NCBI GenBank assembly: GCA_000004985.1
Contig: GG738911.1
Direction: 5' to 3' (one strand)
DNA from: Naegleria gruberi
Taxonomy: Eukaryota
DNA: 64,000 nt
A program made the position numbers and the translations under genes. Below the pieces are notes generated by a model. It did no database searches. It was not told the DNA's origin and was given only the letters and a program-made list of their open reading frames with translations. Below, one piece after another: positions 11,767 to 23,208 of the stretch (the stretch's first letter is position 1; every line of letters starts with the position of its first letter).

Positions 11767-13131
11767 TTTATTTGAAAAAGGAGAGAAACTTGCAATTTCC
11801 TTGTGAGAGTTTATTATCTTTTAAAAGAGGCTGTTGGACCTCTGGCGAGTTTTAATGTGTTTTGGGGGATTTAAGCAAACTCTGAATAGAAATTTTTGGT
11901 CCTAAACATTGTATAAGGAACTCTCTTAGTGAAGATACTTTTTTAGCCAGGTACGTGCCTATAATAGACAGTTTCTTCACCCAAAAGGAGGCTTAAGTAC
12001 ATTGTTTACCGCTTGTATTCGGCGAAAACAAAGGAACGATTTTGCTCACATTGATAAAAACAAACTCCTTGCCTTATTGATCAACATTTCAGCAAATAAA
12101 TTTAAGAAGGTTCTATTAAGTATTTAAAGAAGGTTCTTTATTTCAATATCAATATTTTCATTCATGAGCATTTAACAACCTTCCTCCGTTCTTCTCCAAT
12201 GATTATGAGGAGAAATAAATGCATCATATCTCTATTTACAACAACGACCTTTTAGGATGACCTTAATTAGCAAGCTTAATAACAAACTAATGCAAAAAGT
12301 TCATCAATAGGTCGCCGTTGATCATAGTCTAAGCGTAAACTAACTCATATCATGTGTGTTAATCAGTTTTTGATTACATGAAGGCTCAGGAAAGTGAAAC
12401 ATAAACGTGGCCTTAATTGGAAGCTGTACAATTGATAGATTATAAAGCACGTCATTTCTCCTTTGTTAATATCACCAAATGCATTCTCACAATATTCAAT
12501 TTGAAAAACAACTCAATCTTCCGCTTCTCATCACCACCAACATATTATCAAGTAACCTTACACTTATCATATTGAGACAACTCTACCTTGATGAATTAAC
12601 AATTATTCAAAGATTCGGCAGACAAGGATACCAAATGGGGAAAGTCATGCGAATTTGCCGAACCTGAAAAAAGCGCGCTGGTCCAACACGTTGTGGTTTT
12701 TGTTTGGTGCTAAGAGGGTGGGGCCACACAGAAGGACAGAGATGCCGCACTCTTTTCACTCATTTGGCATTGTGTGTACATAAAACAATTAAATTATTTA
12801 CAACAATGTGCTTCTCAGCTGCTGGTAGTAGTACAGTGCTCGCCTTTGTTTAGATGCAGAATTTTCCTTTGAGAAAAAAATCACCACAACAAGACAAGGA
12901 AAAGCACCACTCTCTTTCCTTAGAATAATTTTGATTAACTAACCAAATAGTAGTAACAATTCTCGGTTATATTGAACAAGATAACAACAACATCATCAAT
13001 AGCACACTTTGTAAAATAGGCTCTTGATCTCTAATATTCTCCATCATTCTCTCTATTAATAGCTTTAGTAATATTACTTCTCAAGGAGGAGAGAAAGAAA
13101 TCAAAATCGAGTATATATACATTGAAAAAAC

Positions 13132-14328
13132 ATGAGACAATATCCTCTTGTTTGTGGCAACGTTAAATGCAAAACGAGTCAAACACCATTGTGGCGTAAA
13201 GGTTGGACCACAAAGGAAGGTAAACCAGTCATGTTATGTAATGCCTGTGGTTGTAAGTTATTATATACCAACGAATTGTCATCCTAATTATTACCCAAAT
13301 ATGATGACATGAAAAATTAAATATTTTCATTGAACCAACCGAACAGTGCACTACAAGTATGTATTCAATCAATTTTAATTTACTGATCATCTATTATCAT
13401 CATCAATAGGAAGGGACACTTTTGCATATATTGCAATCAAATTTACAAGGAAAGTGATGCTGATGATAAAGAAGAACCATGGATTGGATGTGATAGTTGT
13501 CATCGTTGGGTTCATCAAAATTGTGAGCGTCAGAATGGATTTGAAATTAAACCAAATGGTTATCTGTGTCCTTGTTGCAGAAATCAACCAAGTAATGGAT
13601 CGGTACCTTCAAACATTCCAGCTGCTGCATTAACTGCTGCTGCTAACAAACATTATGAACCAATTCTTATGAAACCAGGTGCAGGATCCAGTAATAGTAA
13701 GGAAAATAAGAAGAGAAGAAGAAAACCAACTCTTGAAACAAATTCAAAGAAGGTTAAACAAGAAATGAAACAACAATTAACAATTGATATTAACAATTCA
13801 AAATCTAATAGTAATCAAACATTATCTAGCCAAAATACTTCAAACCGATTATGTACACCAACAAGTGCTTTGAGTCTTTCTCCATCAACAACATTGGGAC
13901 TCCCTAAAGCACCACAACCTTCTACAAGTACTTGTTATTTTGATAATCCAAAACAATTATATGATGTTGATTCCTATTATAAAGAGAATGAATCACAGTG
14001 CATTTCACCATCAACCAATTCAAAACTTTCCATGAGTAGTGATGACGAATATTCATATGAGAGCAATACTGAAGAGGAAGAAGAGGATGAATATGAATCC
14101 GACAATTCTCCACAAGCCTCCTTCATTTGTGGCGAAGATTTCATAGATAATCAACAAGAGTTTATCATTTGGGATCCTCTCAAAGATAAGAAGAGTTCTG
14201 TTGGAGTTTCTTTCGAGCAAGTTGAAAACCTAATTAACAAGAACTTTGGTTATTCAACCTTGTTCACAAGAAAGATTCAATCACTCTCTGCAATTTGTGC
14301 TTACGAATTGTCCAATTTTGATAACTAA
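13132..14328 (+). CDS. putative transcription regulator with a GATA-like zinc finger exon followed by a PHD finger and an acidic, Ser-rich tail
   Basis: Exon 1 from 13132 encodes 'CGNVKCKTSQTPLWRKGWTTKEGKPVMLCNACG', with a TPLWR GATA signature but unusual C-x4-C-x22-C-x2-C spacing. A GTAAGT donor lies at 13253. After the AG at 13408-13409 the frame continuous with ORF 13669-14328 encodes 'FCIYCNQIYKESDADDKEEPWIGCDSCHRWVHQNCERQNGFEIKPNGYLCPCC', a C4HC3 PHD finger. The simple GTAAGT/AG join leaves a splice-phase conflict. A weaker donor at 13278 would fix it. Confidence 0.5.
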
Positions 14329-14480
14329 GTTGCTCTCTAGGATTTCTCAATCTTATTGAAAACAAATATTCGAGTGTTTTCAATAACTCAATTTTGATTA
14401 TTTCGGCAAATAAACAACAAAAATGTAAATAACCGATTCAGTTTTAATATGTTGTTTAAAAAGTTTATTAGTTAAATAAT

Positions 14481-16670
14481 TTAAAAGTCTTCGTCATTTC
14501 TTGACAAAACAACGTCAGTAATTTGAACTTCGTCGTCATCTTCTACACGATTAGCTGAAGAAGGTTTGGTAAAGTCACTCTTATCATTTGCATCCATTTC
14601 TTTAGCTGATGCACTCAGTTCAGGTTTTCTTTCTTCATTCTTGCCAGGCATTAAGAGGAATGACAGTGAGGCAAAATAGACATAAACAATTCCGTGTAAT
14701 AAGAGGAAAGTCAATGATTGAACATCAGTTCTGAAACCATTGCCAGCAATTGTTAAACCAATGAAACAGGCAGCAACAATGAAACTGAAACTACCAACAA
14801 CTCTAAATCTGGAAGAGTACTTGGCTTTGAGTTTACCAACAGCTCCCATAGCACGGAAAATATAATAAGCCAAATCAATACCCCACAAAACGAGGAAAAC
14901 AATATTAGCGGCAAGTAAATAGGCATAACCAGGAACTGATGAAATGTCAACTGAGGATGGATTGGCAACATTGTAAACTCTACTCCAAATCATCAAAATT
15001 AAGGTCAAAATGTAGCCAATACCAACAATGATAATCTTGGTCAAATAAAAGTTCATAAATGTTCTATCTTGTGGTGCCTTGAATACAGAGTGGAAGAAGA
15101 TCAAGAGATACAACAAGAATCCATAAACAAATGTTACTGAGAGAATAATGTCAACAACTGGGAAACCTTCCCAACCTGTCCACATCATGGCTGGATATAA
15201 TGGATCATGATACCAGAAGTGTAAGAACAACAAGACAACTAACCACTTTTGGGCAGTGTGCCAATTTCTCAATTGTTGTGACCAGAAAGTAACGACAAGG
15301 AAAGCAATCCAATGCAAAATTGACAAAACAGAGAAGGTCATTCTAAAGCCCAATTCGTACATGGAATATTGTGGATTGTTGGATTGCAAACTAGTCTCAA
15401 TAGCATTTTCTAATAAGCCTGAACGGTAAACATTTTCCAAATTCAAAATTGTAAGATTCATCTTGTAATTAGAATATCTAATAACTCTAGAGTGGAAGAG
15501 AGTAATTGCTGAACAACCACCAGATTGAAGAATAGACAAATATCCAGTTTGAGCACAAATCAATTCGTGAGTAGATACAGAATCATCAACATTGTTGACC
15601 ATTGTCCAATCTTCAGAATCAGAATTTCTACCATACATGTGAACTCGGACTTTAAGATCACTCTTTATGGCTGCTCCAAACAAGTCTTTCCCACCATTAA
15701 CAGGATTTAATTTCAGAATATATTTAAACTCCATAGCATAAATACTAATACTATCAAAGGTATCAATAATAGATCGTTTTCCTGTGAAAATTTCTTCCAT
15801 ATATGTTGGTGGTACGACAATTGTACCATTATCAGGTGTAGTACCATTGTTAGGGGCAGGATTGATTGGATCTGTAGAATTGGTTGTGGAATTACTAGTT
15901 CCATTCGTGATGATGGTATCATTACCAATAACAGTTCCATTATTGATAGTGTCATTACCAGAAGTGTAATTATTATTTGTGGTATTACTAATCACTGTAC
16001 TATTATCAATGATCGTATCATTACCAGAGGTGTAATTACCAGATGTATCATTACCATAGGTATAATTACCAGTTGTGGTATTACTAATAGTTGTGTTATC
16101 CACAATAGTATCATTACCACTGATAATTGTGGAATTATCTGTTGATGTGTTGTTGTTGTTCATAGTAGAATTATCTGATGTAGTAGTATTGGTACTGTTA
16201 TCTATGATGGTGTTATTAGAATAATCAGAAGTATTAGAATTAGTAGTACTATTATCAACAATGCTGCCATTATTAACTAGTGTACTATTATCACCACCAA
16301 CAACAATATCTGTCCCATTTGTAGTAGTAGAATTGCCTCCATCAGTAGTAGTGTCTGTGGTGGTACTATTTGTCGAATTATCTTCCACTATTGTATTTTC
16401 TATAGTTAATTCCAAAACTTCATCACGATCCTGTTCAGTAATAAATTTATAATCCTCTACAAGACTATTTGTGGTTGTAACAATGGTAGAACCATTACTA
16501 CTATGCCTCCTTGTTACCGTAACAGAGGCTTCTGGGCTCGCAAACAGAGAAATAATAACAAATAATCCTACAATCAGCAAGACGAGCACTAAAATCAAGA
16601 TGACACTCCATCGCGGAAGACAATCCAATACAAATTCATACCGCTTGGAACGATCTCGGCGAAGATTCAT
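14481..16670 (-). CDS. membrane protein with an N-terminal signal-anchor, a long N/S/T-rich ectodomain dense in N-x-S/T sequons, and a C-terminal 7-TM domain (possibly GPR107/108/TMEM87 Lung-7TM-like)
   Basis: 729-aa ORF with an N-terminal hydrophobic segment 'WSVILILVLVLLIVGLFVIISLF'. About 250 aa of repeats follow, of the form 'GNDT(I/S)..N(S/T)T'. Seven predicted helices lie in the last ~330 aa (MTFSVLSILHWIAFLVVTFW ... LTFLLLHGIVYVYFASLSFLLM). The family call is tentative. Confidence 0.5.
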   Translation of the reverse strand: MNLRRDRSKRYEFVLDCLPRWSVILILVLVLLIVGLFVIISLFASPEASVTVTRRHSSNGSTIVTTTNSLVEDYKFITEQDRDEVLELTIENTIVEDNSTNSTTTDTTTDGGNSTTTNGTDIVVGGDNSTLVNNGSIVDNSTTNSNTSDYSNNTIIDNSTNTTTSDNSTMNNNNTSTDNSTIISGNDTIVDNTTISNTTTGNYTYGNDTSGNYTSGNDTIIDNSTVISNTTNNNYTSGNDTINNGTVIGNDTIITNGTSNSTTNSTDPINPAPNNGTTPDNGTIVVPPTYMEEIFTGKRSIIDTFDSISIYAMEFKYILKLNPVNGGKDLFGAAIKSDLKVRVHMYGRNSDSEDWTMVNNVDDSVSTHELICAQTGYLSILQSGGCSAITLFHSRVIRYSNYKMNLTILNLENVYRSGLLENAIETSLQSNNPQYSMYELGFRMTFSVLSILHWIAFLVVTFWSQQLRNWHTAQKWLVVLLFLHFWYHDPLYPAMMWTGWEGFPVVDIILSVTFVYGFLLYLLIFFHSVFKAPQDRTFMNFYLTKIIIVGIGYILTLILMIWSRVYNVANPSSVDISSVPGYAYLLAANIVFLVLWGIDLAYYIFRAMGAVGKLKAKYSSRFRVVGSFSFIVAACFIGLTIAGNGFRTDVQSLTFLLLHGIVYVYFASLSFLLMPGKNEERKPELSASAKEMDANDKSDFTKPSSANRVEDDDEVQITDVVLSRNDEDF

Positions 16671-16841
16671 TTTTTTTTTAATTTTAAATTTTCTGATTTT
16701 TTTTAATGGATGGCAAACAAAAATAGAATTGACAACTAAAAAGGAGGTGGATGTGTGAAATTGGATGTGAAACTGCTTTTATTGGATTTCTAATTTAATT
16801 GAAGAAAGTAAATGGAATGTAAGTTGAAAAATTGATTGTTT

Positions 16842-19115
16842 TTAAACAATATCATCTTCTTCATTCAAATCATCTTTGAATTTCGAATACTTTTTGAAGA
16901 AACGTTTCTTTTGTGGAATGACATGATCTAGTTCAATATCTGTATCATCAACAGGAGTATTTTCAGGTTCTGGTGTCTTATTCAAATTATCACTCGATTT
17001 GTGAGTTACATGTGAAGCTGAAATCTTGACATTTGAATTTTGATGCTTATTCATATTGTTGAGAATTGGATTCATCCATTCCATATCTTTAGGCAAGAAG
17101 AAGGAATTTTCTTGAATAAACACTTGTGAAATAATTTCAATAAAATCCTTCTTTGTAATCTTGACAAATGTCACATCCTTCACAATACGAACATCATAAT
17201 CTGGAATAAAGGTTTCTCTTGTAAGTGCTCTTTCTCCAATAAAACTCCAAGGTCCCATTTCAGAAGTGAATTTTTCCTCACAAAACACAGCTTCAAGTTT
17301 ACCACTGAATACAAGAGCAAAATAATCACATTCCTTATTCTTTTCAATGAGGAGTAATTCCTCATCAGAGGAGCTCTTCTTAACATCCACAACTGCACAT
17401 TTACCAAGGAGTCTGTGCAAATATTCTTCTGGTAATAGTCTGAAAGTGGCCATACTCTTCCACAAGTAGGAGCCAACAGCAACCACTTGTTTTGGAGTGA
17501 GTCTGTTGGTTCTTTCCAATTTTAGTAACAAACTGGTAGAATTTTGTGGTCTGTTAATCTTGGATTGATTGGTATTATCTACATAGATATCAGTTTCATC
17601 GACAATTTCGTCCTTAATAATTTCCTCAATGATATCTTCAAGAGATACAATACCAACAATAGCATAGTATGGATCACCACCAGTTTCAGATTCTCTTGGT
17701 TCTTGAACAATGGCAATGTGAGTTCTACCAGATTTGAAGGTCTTTAACATTTCATCACAGTAAGTGTCTGGGAAAACTTTGAGAACTTCTCTTCCGTAGA
17801 ATGTCAAAATTGTAGAAATTGGCACACATTCATCAGGGTTGACCAGAATCAAATCTTTCACATAGAGTAAACCAACAACATTATTCTTATCACCCTTGAA
17901 AACAGGAATACGAGAGTGACCAGCTTGCCAAATACTTGTCATTGTGTCCACATCAAGTTGGCTATCAAAATCCAACATGAAAACATTTTCAAATTTGGTC
18001 AAAATTTGACTAACAGGAATTCTAGCAAATTCCAAAGCACCACCCAAAATTTTAGCTTCATGTTCAGTCAAGTGGAAATTAGGATCATGAGCCTTTGAGT
18101 GAATATTAACCAATTCCTTCAATTCAGTTCTCTTATAGAGAGTGCCATGATCAGATCCAAGCATCCAATCCAAAAGTTTACTAATTGGATAAGCAATAAC
18201 AAAAGCAAGTCCAATCAAGAACCAAACCAACCAATATAAAGTACCACCAATAGCCATACCATATCTAGAAATGACAGATTGTGGAATAACCTCACCAAAT
18301 AACAAGACGAAAGTAATACCCAACAAGATGGCAGCCCACTCAGGAACGAGCTTGTCCAAGAAGAGAGGAAGACATTCCACACACAAAGCATTCCACAACA
18401 ACAAGGTAACTAACAACAAGTGATGTCTTTTCAGGATTGGAGCCAAACGAGCAGCATACTTTCTCTCCTTTTCAGTTCCAGTCGATTTGAGAATATCCAA
18501 TTGCATTGTATCAATGGAAAGTAAACCAAGTGTGAAACCAGACATTAAACCAGCACCCAAAATAAAGAACATACTCGCTCCAACATTAATGACAATATCA
18601 TACCAAGGCATATTCAAGATATTTGGTTCTTCTTCTTCTTCGTGGTGGGGAATTGGGGCAGATCCATTATTAGTGTGATTATAGTAATTGGCACAAACTG
18701 AAGGCCAATCAATGGTCATGTTATTACTATTAACAGCACTACTACTGCTGCTGCTAGCAAAAACATGACTAATTCTTCTTCTTGTTGGAACATAACCCTC
18801 AACAACAAACATTGAATGTTGTTCGTAAGAAAAAGTTGCCAAAACAACCAAAATTAAAAGAGCCAACAATAATACGAGTGAAAAACTCCTCTTTTTAATT
18901 GGTGGTGGTGATGGTGGTGGCGGACAATTAGGATTTTCCTTTCTGTTATGATCATCACTTTTACCATGATTGAGTAGTGGAAATGATAATGATAATAACA
19001 TTCTGGATAGTGTTATTACAGAAGGATGGTTGATTCCCTCCTTTTCACTATTCCCAAATTCATCCCTAATGAGCAGGGAAGCATTGTGAGTTGGTTTTTT
19101 GAAGGTTTGTATCAT
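16842..19115 (-). CDS. CNNM/CorC-type metal (Mg2+) transporter-like protein: DUF21 TM domain, CBS pair and a C-terminal cyclic-nucleotide-binding-like domain
   Basis: ORF to 19178 in the track, but the first ATG is at 19113-19115. The DUF21-like region is 'LLSIDTMQLDILKSTGTEKERKYAARLAPILKRHHLLLVTLLLWNALCVECLPLF'. It is followed by a CBS-pair-like region ('VFMLDFDSQLDVDTMTSIWQAGHSRIPVFKGDKNNVVGLLYVKDLI') and a C-terminal region typical of CNNM proteins. Confidence 0.6.
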   Translation of the reverse strand: MIQTFKKPTHNASLLIRDEFGNSEKEGINHPSVITLSRMLLSLSFPLLNHGKSDDHNRKENPNCPPPPSPPPIKKRSFSLVLLLALLILVVLATFSYEQHSMFVVEGYVPTRRRISHVFASSSSSSAVNSNNMTIDWPSVCANYYNHTNNGSAPIPHHEEEEEPNILNMPWYDIVINVGASMFFILGAGLMSGFTLGLLSIDTMQLDILKSTGTEKERKYAARLAPILKRHHLLLVTLLLWNALCVECLPLFLDKLVPEWAAILLGITFVLLFGEVIPQSVISRYGMAIGGTLYWLVWFLIGLAFVIAYPISKLLDWMLGSDHGTLYKRTELKELVNIHSKAHDPNFHLTEHEAKILGGALEFARIPVSQILTKFENVFMLDFDSQLDVDTMTSIWQAGHSRIPVFKGDKNNVVGLLYVKDLILVNPDECVPISTILTFYGREVLKVFPDTYCDEMLKTFKSGRTHIAIVQEPRESETGGDPYYAIVGIVSLEDIIEEIIKDEIVDETDIYVDNTNQSKINRPQNSTSLLLKLERTNRLTPKQVVAVGSYLWKSMATFRLLPEEYLHRLLGKCAVVDVKKSSSDEELLLIEKNKECDYFALVFSGKLEAVFCEEKFTSEMGPWSFIGERALTRETFIPDYDVRIVKDVTFVKITKKDFIEIISQVFIQENSFFLPKDMEWMNPILNNMNKHQNSNVKISASHVTHKSSDNLNKTPEPENTPVDDTDIELDHVIPQKKRFFKKYSKFKDDLNEEDDIV

Positions 19116-19371
19116 GCAACAGGCGAGTAAACTTGTGTTCTTTGTGTTGATTGGTAGGCAACAAAAGTAAGCAGACAAGATGTTTTTTTTTTGTTTGTTG
19201 AATCTTTTCTAATATCCAAAGGATTCGTTTTTTGATATTCGAAATGTGAAGATGCAGTAAAATTAATATCTATTTCGTTCCTTGATTGTGAATGACCGAT
19301 TTCGGTAACCTCGCAAGATTTTTACAAAATTTTCAAGATTTTTCTCTCTTCTTCTTGAAAAATTATTGAAC

Positions 19372-21213
19372 TCATTGAATTTCACATTTGGATGTTTTTT
19401 TGGTGGTAATAATTTCCTTGTCATTGGAATTTACATTTTCATTCTTGAAGGTTTGTTTCATTTCAGAGTGTCTTCCACTTGATAGAATGGAGAAGGGAGG
19501 AGTCCTTTCGAATAGAATATAACTTGGATAGCAATAGGTCATGTAAGGCTGATCTGGTTGATGGCTTGCTAGAATATAAAACGAAACATAAATCTTCTCA
19601 TTGGAAAGGAGAATAAATTTCACATTATTCAATCCACCTTCAAATTGGTTCTTATTTTGACAAATTTGTTCAGTAATAGATTGATGAATGGTTTCAGATC
19701 CAGTTTCGGATAAAACTGGAATAAGGTTTCCAGTTGCATTATATATCCTACTGATGTGAATGACACAGTTATGGAGTAGATACTCTTCTATCAAATTAGT
19801 TGATGAGCTACTCGATGAAATTTCTGCATATGAAAACCCTAAATATTTCAGATTAGTCAACTTTTTCAAAGAAATATTTTGGTAGGATGATAAAATAGAT
19901 AAATATTCCAAACTAATCATTTGCTCAATCGGTGATAGATCATCATTTTCACCAGGATAAATAGTTAACTTTCTCAATTGAAGTCCACTAAGAAGTGAAA
20001 TATCAAGAAAATGGATTGAGCGTGCTGTTGTAATGTTCAATTCTTCCAATTCTTTACACTGAAATTCAACATTTGATTGTAATTTGAAATCACACTTATC
20101 CAAAATCAAACTTTTCAATTTCCTAATTCTTGTAAAAAAATCAATTCCACTATTGAAAAAGCAACAAAAACATTTTACAAATTCCAAAGAGGGAAATGAG
20201 TTTGAGGCACCTTCTAAATTTCTCACTCGAAGCAATTCCAATCGTTTAAGGTGATCAAACTTGTTTCCCATTAAGAAATCCTTGTTCAAAAATTGGCAAC
20301 TAATTGGTGGTACTGTGGAATAGGTTCCAATTTTCAATTCCCTTAACGATGGATTCAACAATAGAGGATTAGGAAGTTGATTAATTTCCAATCTTGATAA
20401 GTTACTGATATAATCTAATTGTAATTGATTGACAATGGCTGTGCCCTCAAATCTGAGAAATAATTCTTGGCAATTTGAAGATACATTCCTAAAGAAATCA
20501 ACTAGAAAATTTGGATCCTTTTCAATTTCTTCCAATATTGTTGTTTCGATTGGAATTTCCAATATTAATTTTTGTAATTTCTTCATTTGAAGAATTAACT
20601 TTTCAATTCGTTTCACATGAGCGGATTTGATCTGGCTCTGACTTGATGAAGAGAAATGAGGAACATGGATAGAGAATTCGAATATCTTCAATTGTGTGAA
20701 TTTGGTTTGTTCCAATTCAGTCAAAATCAAATCCAAACTATTATGGAAAGTTGTGAAACCTATTGAAAGTGAGTGCAAATTATTGAAATTGGAAAGGAAT
20801 GAGGATTGTACTGGTATGGGACTATTTAATCCAAAGTAAACGGTCAATTTCAAATTCCACACTAAATTACATTTGCACCTTTCGAATATTTTTGTAATAA
20901 ATTCGAAAGGTTGAATTTCAAACATGTACAAATTAACTGAAATCGTCTCAATTTTTCCAATATTTTCCTCCATAAATTTACTTGAAGATTCAACTGTATT
21001 TTCATCACTTTTCATATCTCGTAGTAATAAATTCGCCTCTCGTATCCAAAAAAAATTCGAATAATTCTTGTGAAAATTAACTTGTTCGAAAGTAATGTAA
21101 TTCTTCACAAATGATAGAAATTTACAAGTTAATCGTAGATTAGACCTTGTATCCCGATCACTGTATCCAAGTATGAGAATGAACATTTCTTTGGGAAGTG
21201 ATAGTAGAGACAT
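19372..21213 (-). CDS. F-box-like / leucine-rich-repeat protein
   Basis: 613-aa ORF. The N-terminus 'LPKEMFILILGYSDRDTRSNLRLTCKFLSFV' resembles an F-box. The remainder is Leu-rich with LxxLxL-type periodicity. Confidence 0.45.
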   Translation of the reverse strand: MSLLSLPKEMFILILGYSDRDTRSNLRLTCKFLSFVKNYITFEQVNFHKNYSNFFWIREANLLLRDMKSDENTVESSSKFMEENIGKIETISVNLYMFEIQPFEFITKIFERCKCNLVWNLKLTVYFGLNSPIPVQSSFLSNFNNLHSLSIGFTTFHNSLDLILTELEQTKFTQLKIFEFSIHVPHFSSSSQSQIKSAHVKRIEKLILQMKKLQKLILEIPIETTILEEIEKDPNFLVDFFRNVSSNCQELFLRFEGTAIVNQLQLDYISNLSRLEINQLPNPLLLNPSLRELKIGTYSTVPPISCQFLNKDFLMGNKFDHLKRLELLRVRNLEGASNSFPSLEFVKCFCCFFNSGIDFFTRIRKLKSLILDKCDFKLQSNVEFQCKELEELNITTARSIHFLDISLLSGLQLRKLTIYPGENDDLSPIEQMISLEYLSILSSYQNISLKKLTNLKYLGFSYAEISSSSSSTNLIEEYLLHNCVIHISRIYNATGNLIPVLSETGSETIHQSITEQICQNKNQFEGGLNNVKFILLSNEKIYVSFYILASHQPDQPYMTYCYPSYILFERTPPFSILSSGRHSEMKQTFKNENVNSNDKEIITTKKTSKCEIQ

Positions 21214-21258
21214 TTTTTTCTATTAGAAACTTTACAATTAAACTAATCTCTAAAAAAA

Positions 21259-23115
21259 ATGCAAATGGATAAAACTGAGTCTATTCACTTGGATCTAACA
21301 ATCGGATCCAATTTACTCATACAAAAATATCATCGAGAGAAGAAACTAATTCGTTTCATCACACAACATTCCACAATTTATTCGAAACTTGTGCCTGATG
21401 ATCTTCCTTTAATCATACAAATCCTCCGAACCAGTGAAGCCTTTCCCGATTTATTTGTTGGTAGATTTAAAGGGAGTGGTATGTTTCGTATATCAACTCC
21501 CAACTTTCCAATACCAGATCAATGGATGAAACACAGACAAGTAGCTCTCTTTCTAGCTAAAAAAGGATTGTTATTTCAACAGGAAACTTTGAATTACGAA
21601 CCCTATCTAACAGATAAAGAAATCATGATGGAGGCATGCTCAAACAACTCTCATTATCTTTCGAATTTTCCACTTGGAACAGATGGAGAATTTATGCGAA
21701 AGTTATGTAAACTGAATGGAACCATGTTGGGCTATGCCAGTAAAGAATTGAAGAAGGATAAGGAATTGGTATTGGAGGCAGTTCGTTCAACACCTGAAGC
21801 TTTCCATTTTTGTGATGAGTCGTTCAATAAGGATAATACAGTTGTATACGAAGCTGCCAAACATGCATCATTTAATATAACCAAAATTGATGGAGAAATG
21901 TTCAATAGGAGGAAGTTTGTTTTGGCACTGATGGAATATCGTCCTGAAATATTTATTCACCTTCCATATGAACTCAAAACAGATCCTAAAGTGTTAAATT
22001 TGGCGCCTTGCAAGAATTTGAAAGTTTTGAGCTTGGTGCCACCTTCCTATCAGAAAGATAGAGATTTTGTGTTGAAATGTGTGAGAAATAATGGTTTGGA
22101 TTTAGAGTTTGCCCATCCATCACTGAGAAAGGACAGGGAAGTTGTTATGGAAGCTGTCAAACAAAATGGACTGGCTCTAGAATTTTCATCTGAAATGTTA
22201 AGAAATCAAGATAGAGAAATAGTTTATGAGGCTGTTAAAAGTAATGGAAATGCAATAGAATTCACTAGTGATCAATTCAAAAGGGATTTAGAACTAGCTC
22301 GGATGGCAGTTATGAAAAACCATGAATCTTTTATGCTTGTGGACAGTTCAATCAAGCAAGATAAGAAACTGATTCAAAGCTTTTTGGAAGAAACTGGTTA
22401 CTACTATTATATTGCATCAAATGAATTGAAAACTTCACTTCATGATACCATTAGAGGGGATAGAGATTTACTGGGATTGGCAATTTTAAAAGACGAAACA
22501 TTACTTGAAGAGCCATTGCCAGATTTTGTGGACGAAGAATTCATGTTAAATGCAGTGAGAAATGGCTTTAGTTTGGACTGTGTTCCTCAGAAATTCAAAC
22601 AAAACGAAGAGATTATTCTCGAATCGATCAGACATGCGAGCATTAATTTCAAATATGTCGATTCTTCTCTAGCTTCCAATAGAGATTTTGTTCTAAAGTG
22701 TGTGAAAGCAAGTGGTTTTGTACTTTTTTACACTGATGAAAAATTCAGAATGGATAGGGAAATAATATTGGAAACATTGAAAGCAACAACTTCAGGATCA
22801 ATTTCATTGGACTGGAGTGAATCTCATCCTTTTAATTCAGATAGAGAAATTTTATTGGAATGTGTGAGAGGAAGTGGTGATCTTCCCTCTCAAGCAGATT
22901 CGAATATTATGAATGACCCTGAATTTATTGTGGAATGTGTAAAAATTGGAAAGGATAGAAACAAAGATATTACCGACTATTTGGAGAAAGTAAGAAATAC
23001 CATATTGAGTAATGAGAGTTTATTCTTGAAACTGGTCAAAATTAATCCCAAAATTGTCGAATCCTTAAATTTAGATTTAGATTTCCTCACCTTGGCTTTC
23101 AACTCTTTAACATGA
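21259..23115 (+). CDS. DUF4116-like ~25-aa tandem-repeat protein (paralog 3, larger and more diverged)
   Basis: 618 aa with an aaaaaaaATG start. Repeats include 'KKDKELVLEAVRSTPEAF', 'RKDREVVMEAVKQNGLALEFSSEMLRNQDREIVYEAVKSNGNAIEFTSDQFKRDLELARMAVMKN' and 'NRDFVLKCVKASGFVLFYTDEKFRMDREIILETLKA'. It lies 93 bp upstream of fucosyltransferase gene A. Confidence 0.6.
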   Translation: MQMDKTESIHLDLTIGSNLLIQKYHREKKLIRFITQHSTIYSKLVPDDLPLIIQILRTSEAFPDLFVGRFKGSGMFRISTPNFPIPDQWMKHRQVALFLAKKGLLFQQETLNYEPYLTDKEIMMEACSNNSHYLSNFPLGTDGEFMRKLCKLNGTMLGYASKELKKDKELVLEAVRSTPEAFHFCDESFNKDNTVVYEAAKHASFNITKIDGEMFNRRKFVLALMEYRPEIFIHLPYELKTDPKVLNLAPCKNLKVLSLVPPSYQKDRDFVLKCVRNNGLDLEFAHPSLRKDREVVMEAVKQNGLALEFSSEMLRNQDREIVYEAVKSNGNAIEFTSDQFKRDLELARMAVMKNHESFMLVDSSIKQDKKLIQSFLEETGYYYYIASNELKTSLHDTIRGDRDLLGLAILKDETLLEEPLPDFVDEEFMLNAVRNGFSLDCVPQKFKQNEEIILESIRHASINFKYVDSSLASNRDFVLKCVKASGFVLFYTDEKFRMDREIILETLKATTSGSISLDWSESHPFNSDREILLECVRGSGDLPSQADSNIMNDPEFIVECVKIGKDRNKDITDYLEKVRNTILSNESLFLKLVKINPKIVESLNLDLDFLTLAFNSLT

Positions 23116-23208
23116 TGCATATCAAACACTTTTATTTTCACAAACTCTTGCTGCATGTGTTAAAGTTTTGTAAACCAAAAAGTTTTAATTTTTAAAATTA
23201 AAAAAAAA

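Noticed and set aside
16842-19178. ORF-track start codons at 19178, 28567, 33255, 40632 and 43673
   Set aside because: These are TTG/GTG codons that the track prints as M. I re-anchored to the first in-frame ATG (19115, 28603, 33258, 40647, 43589).
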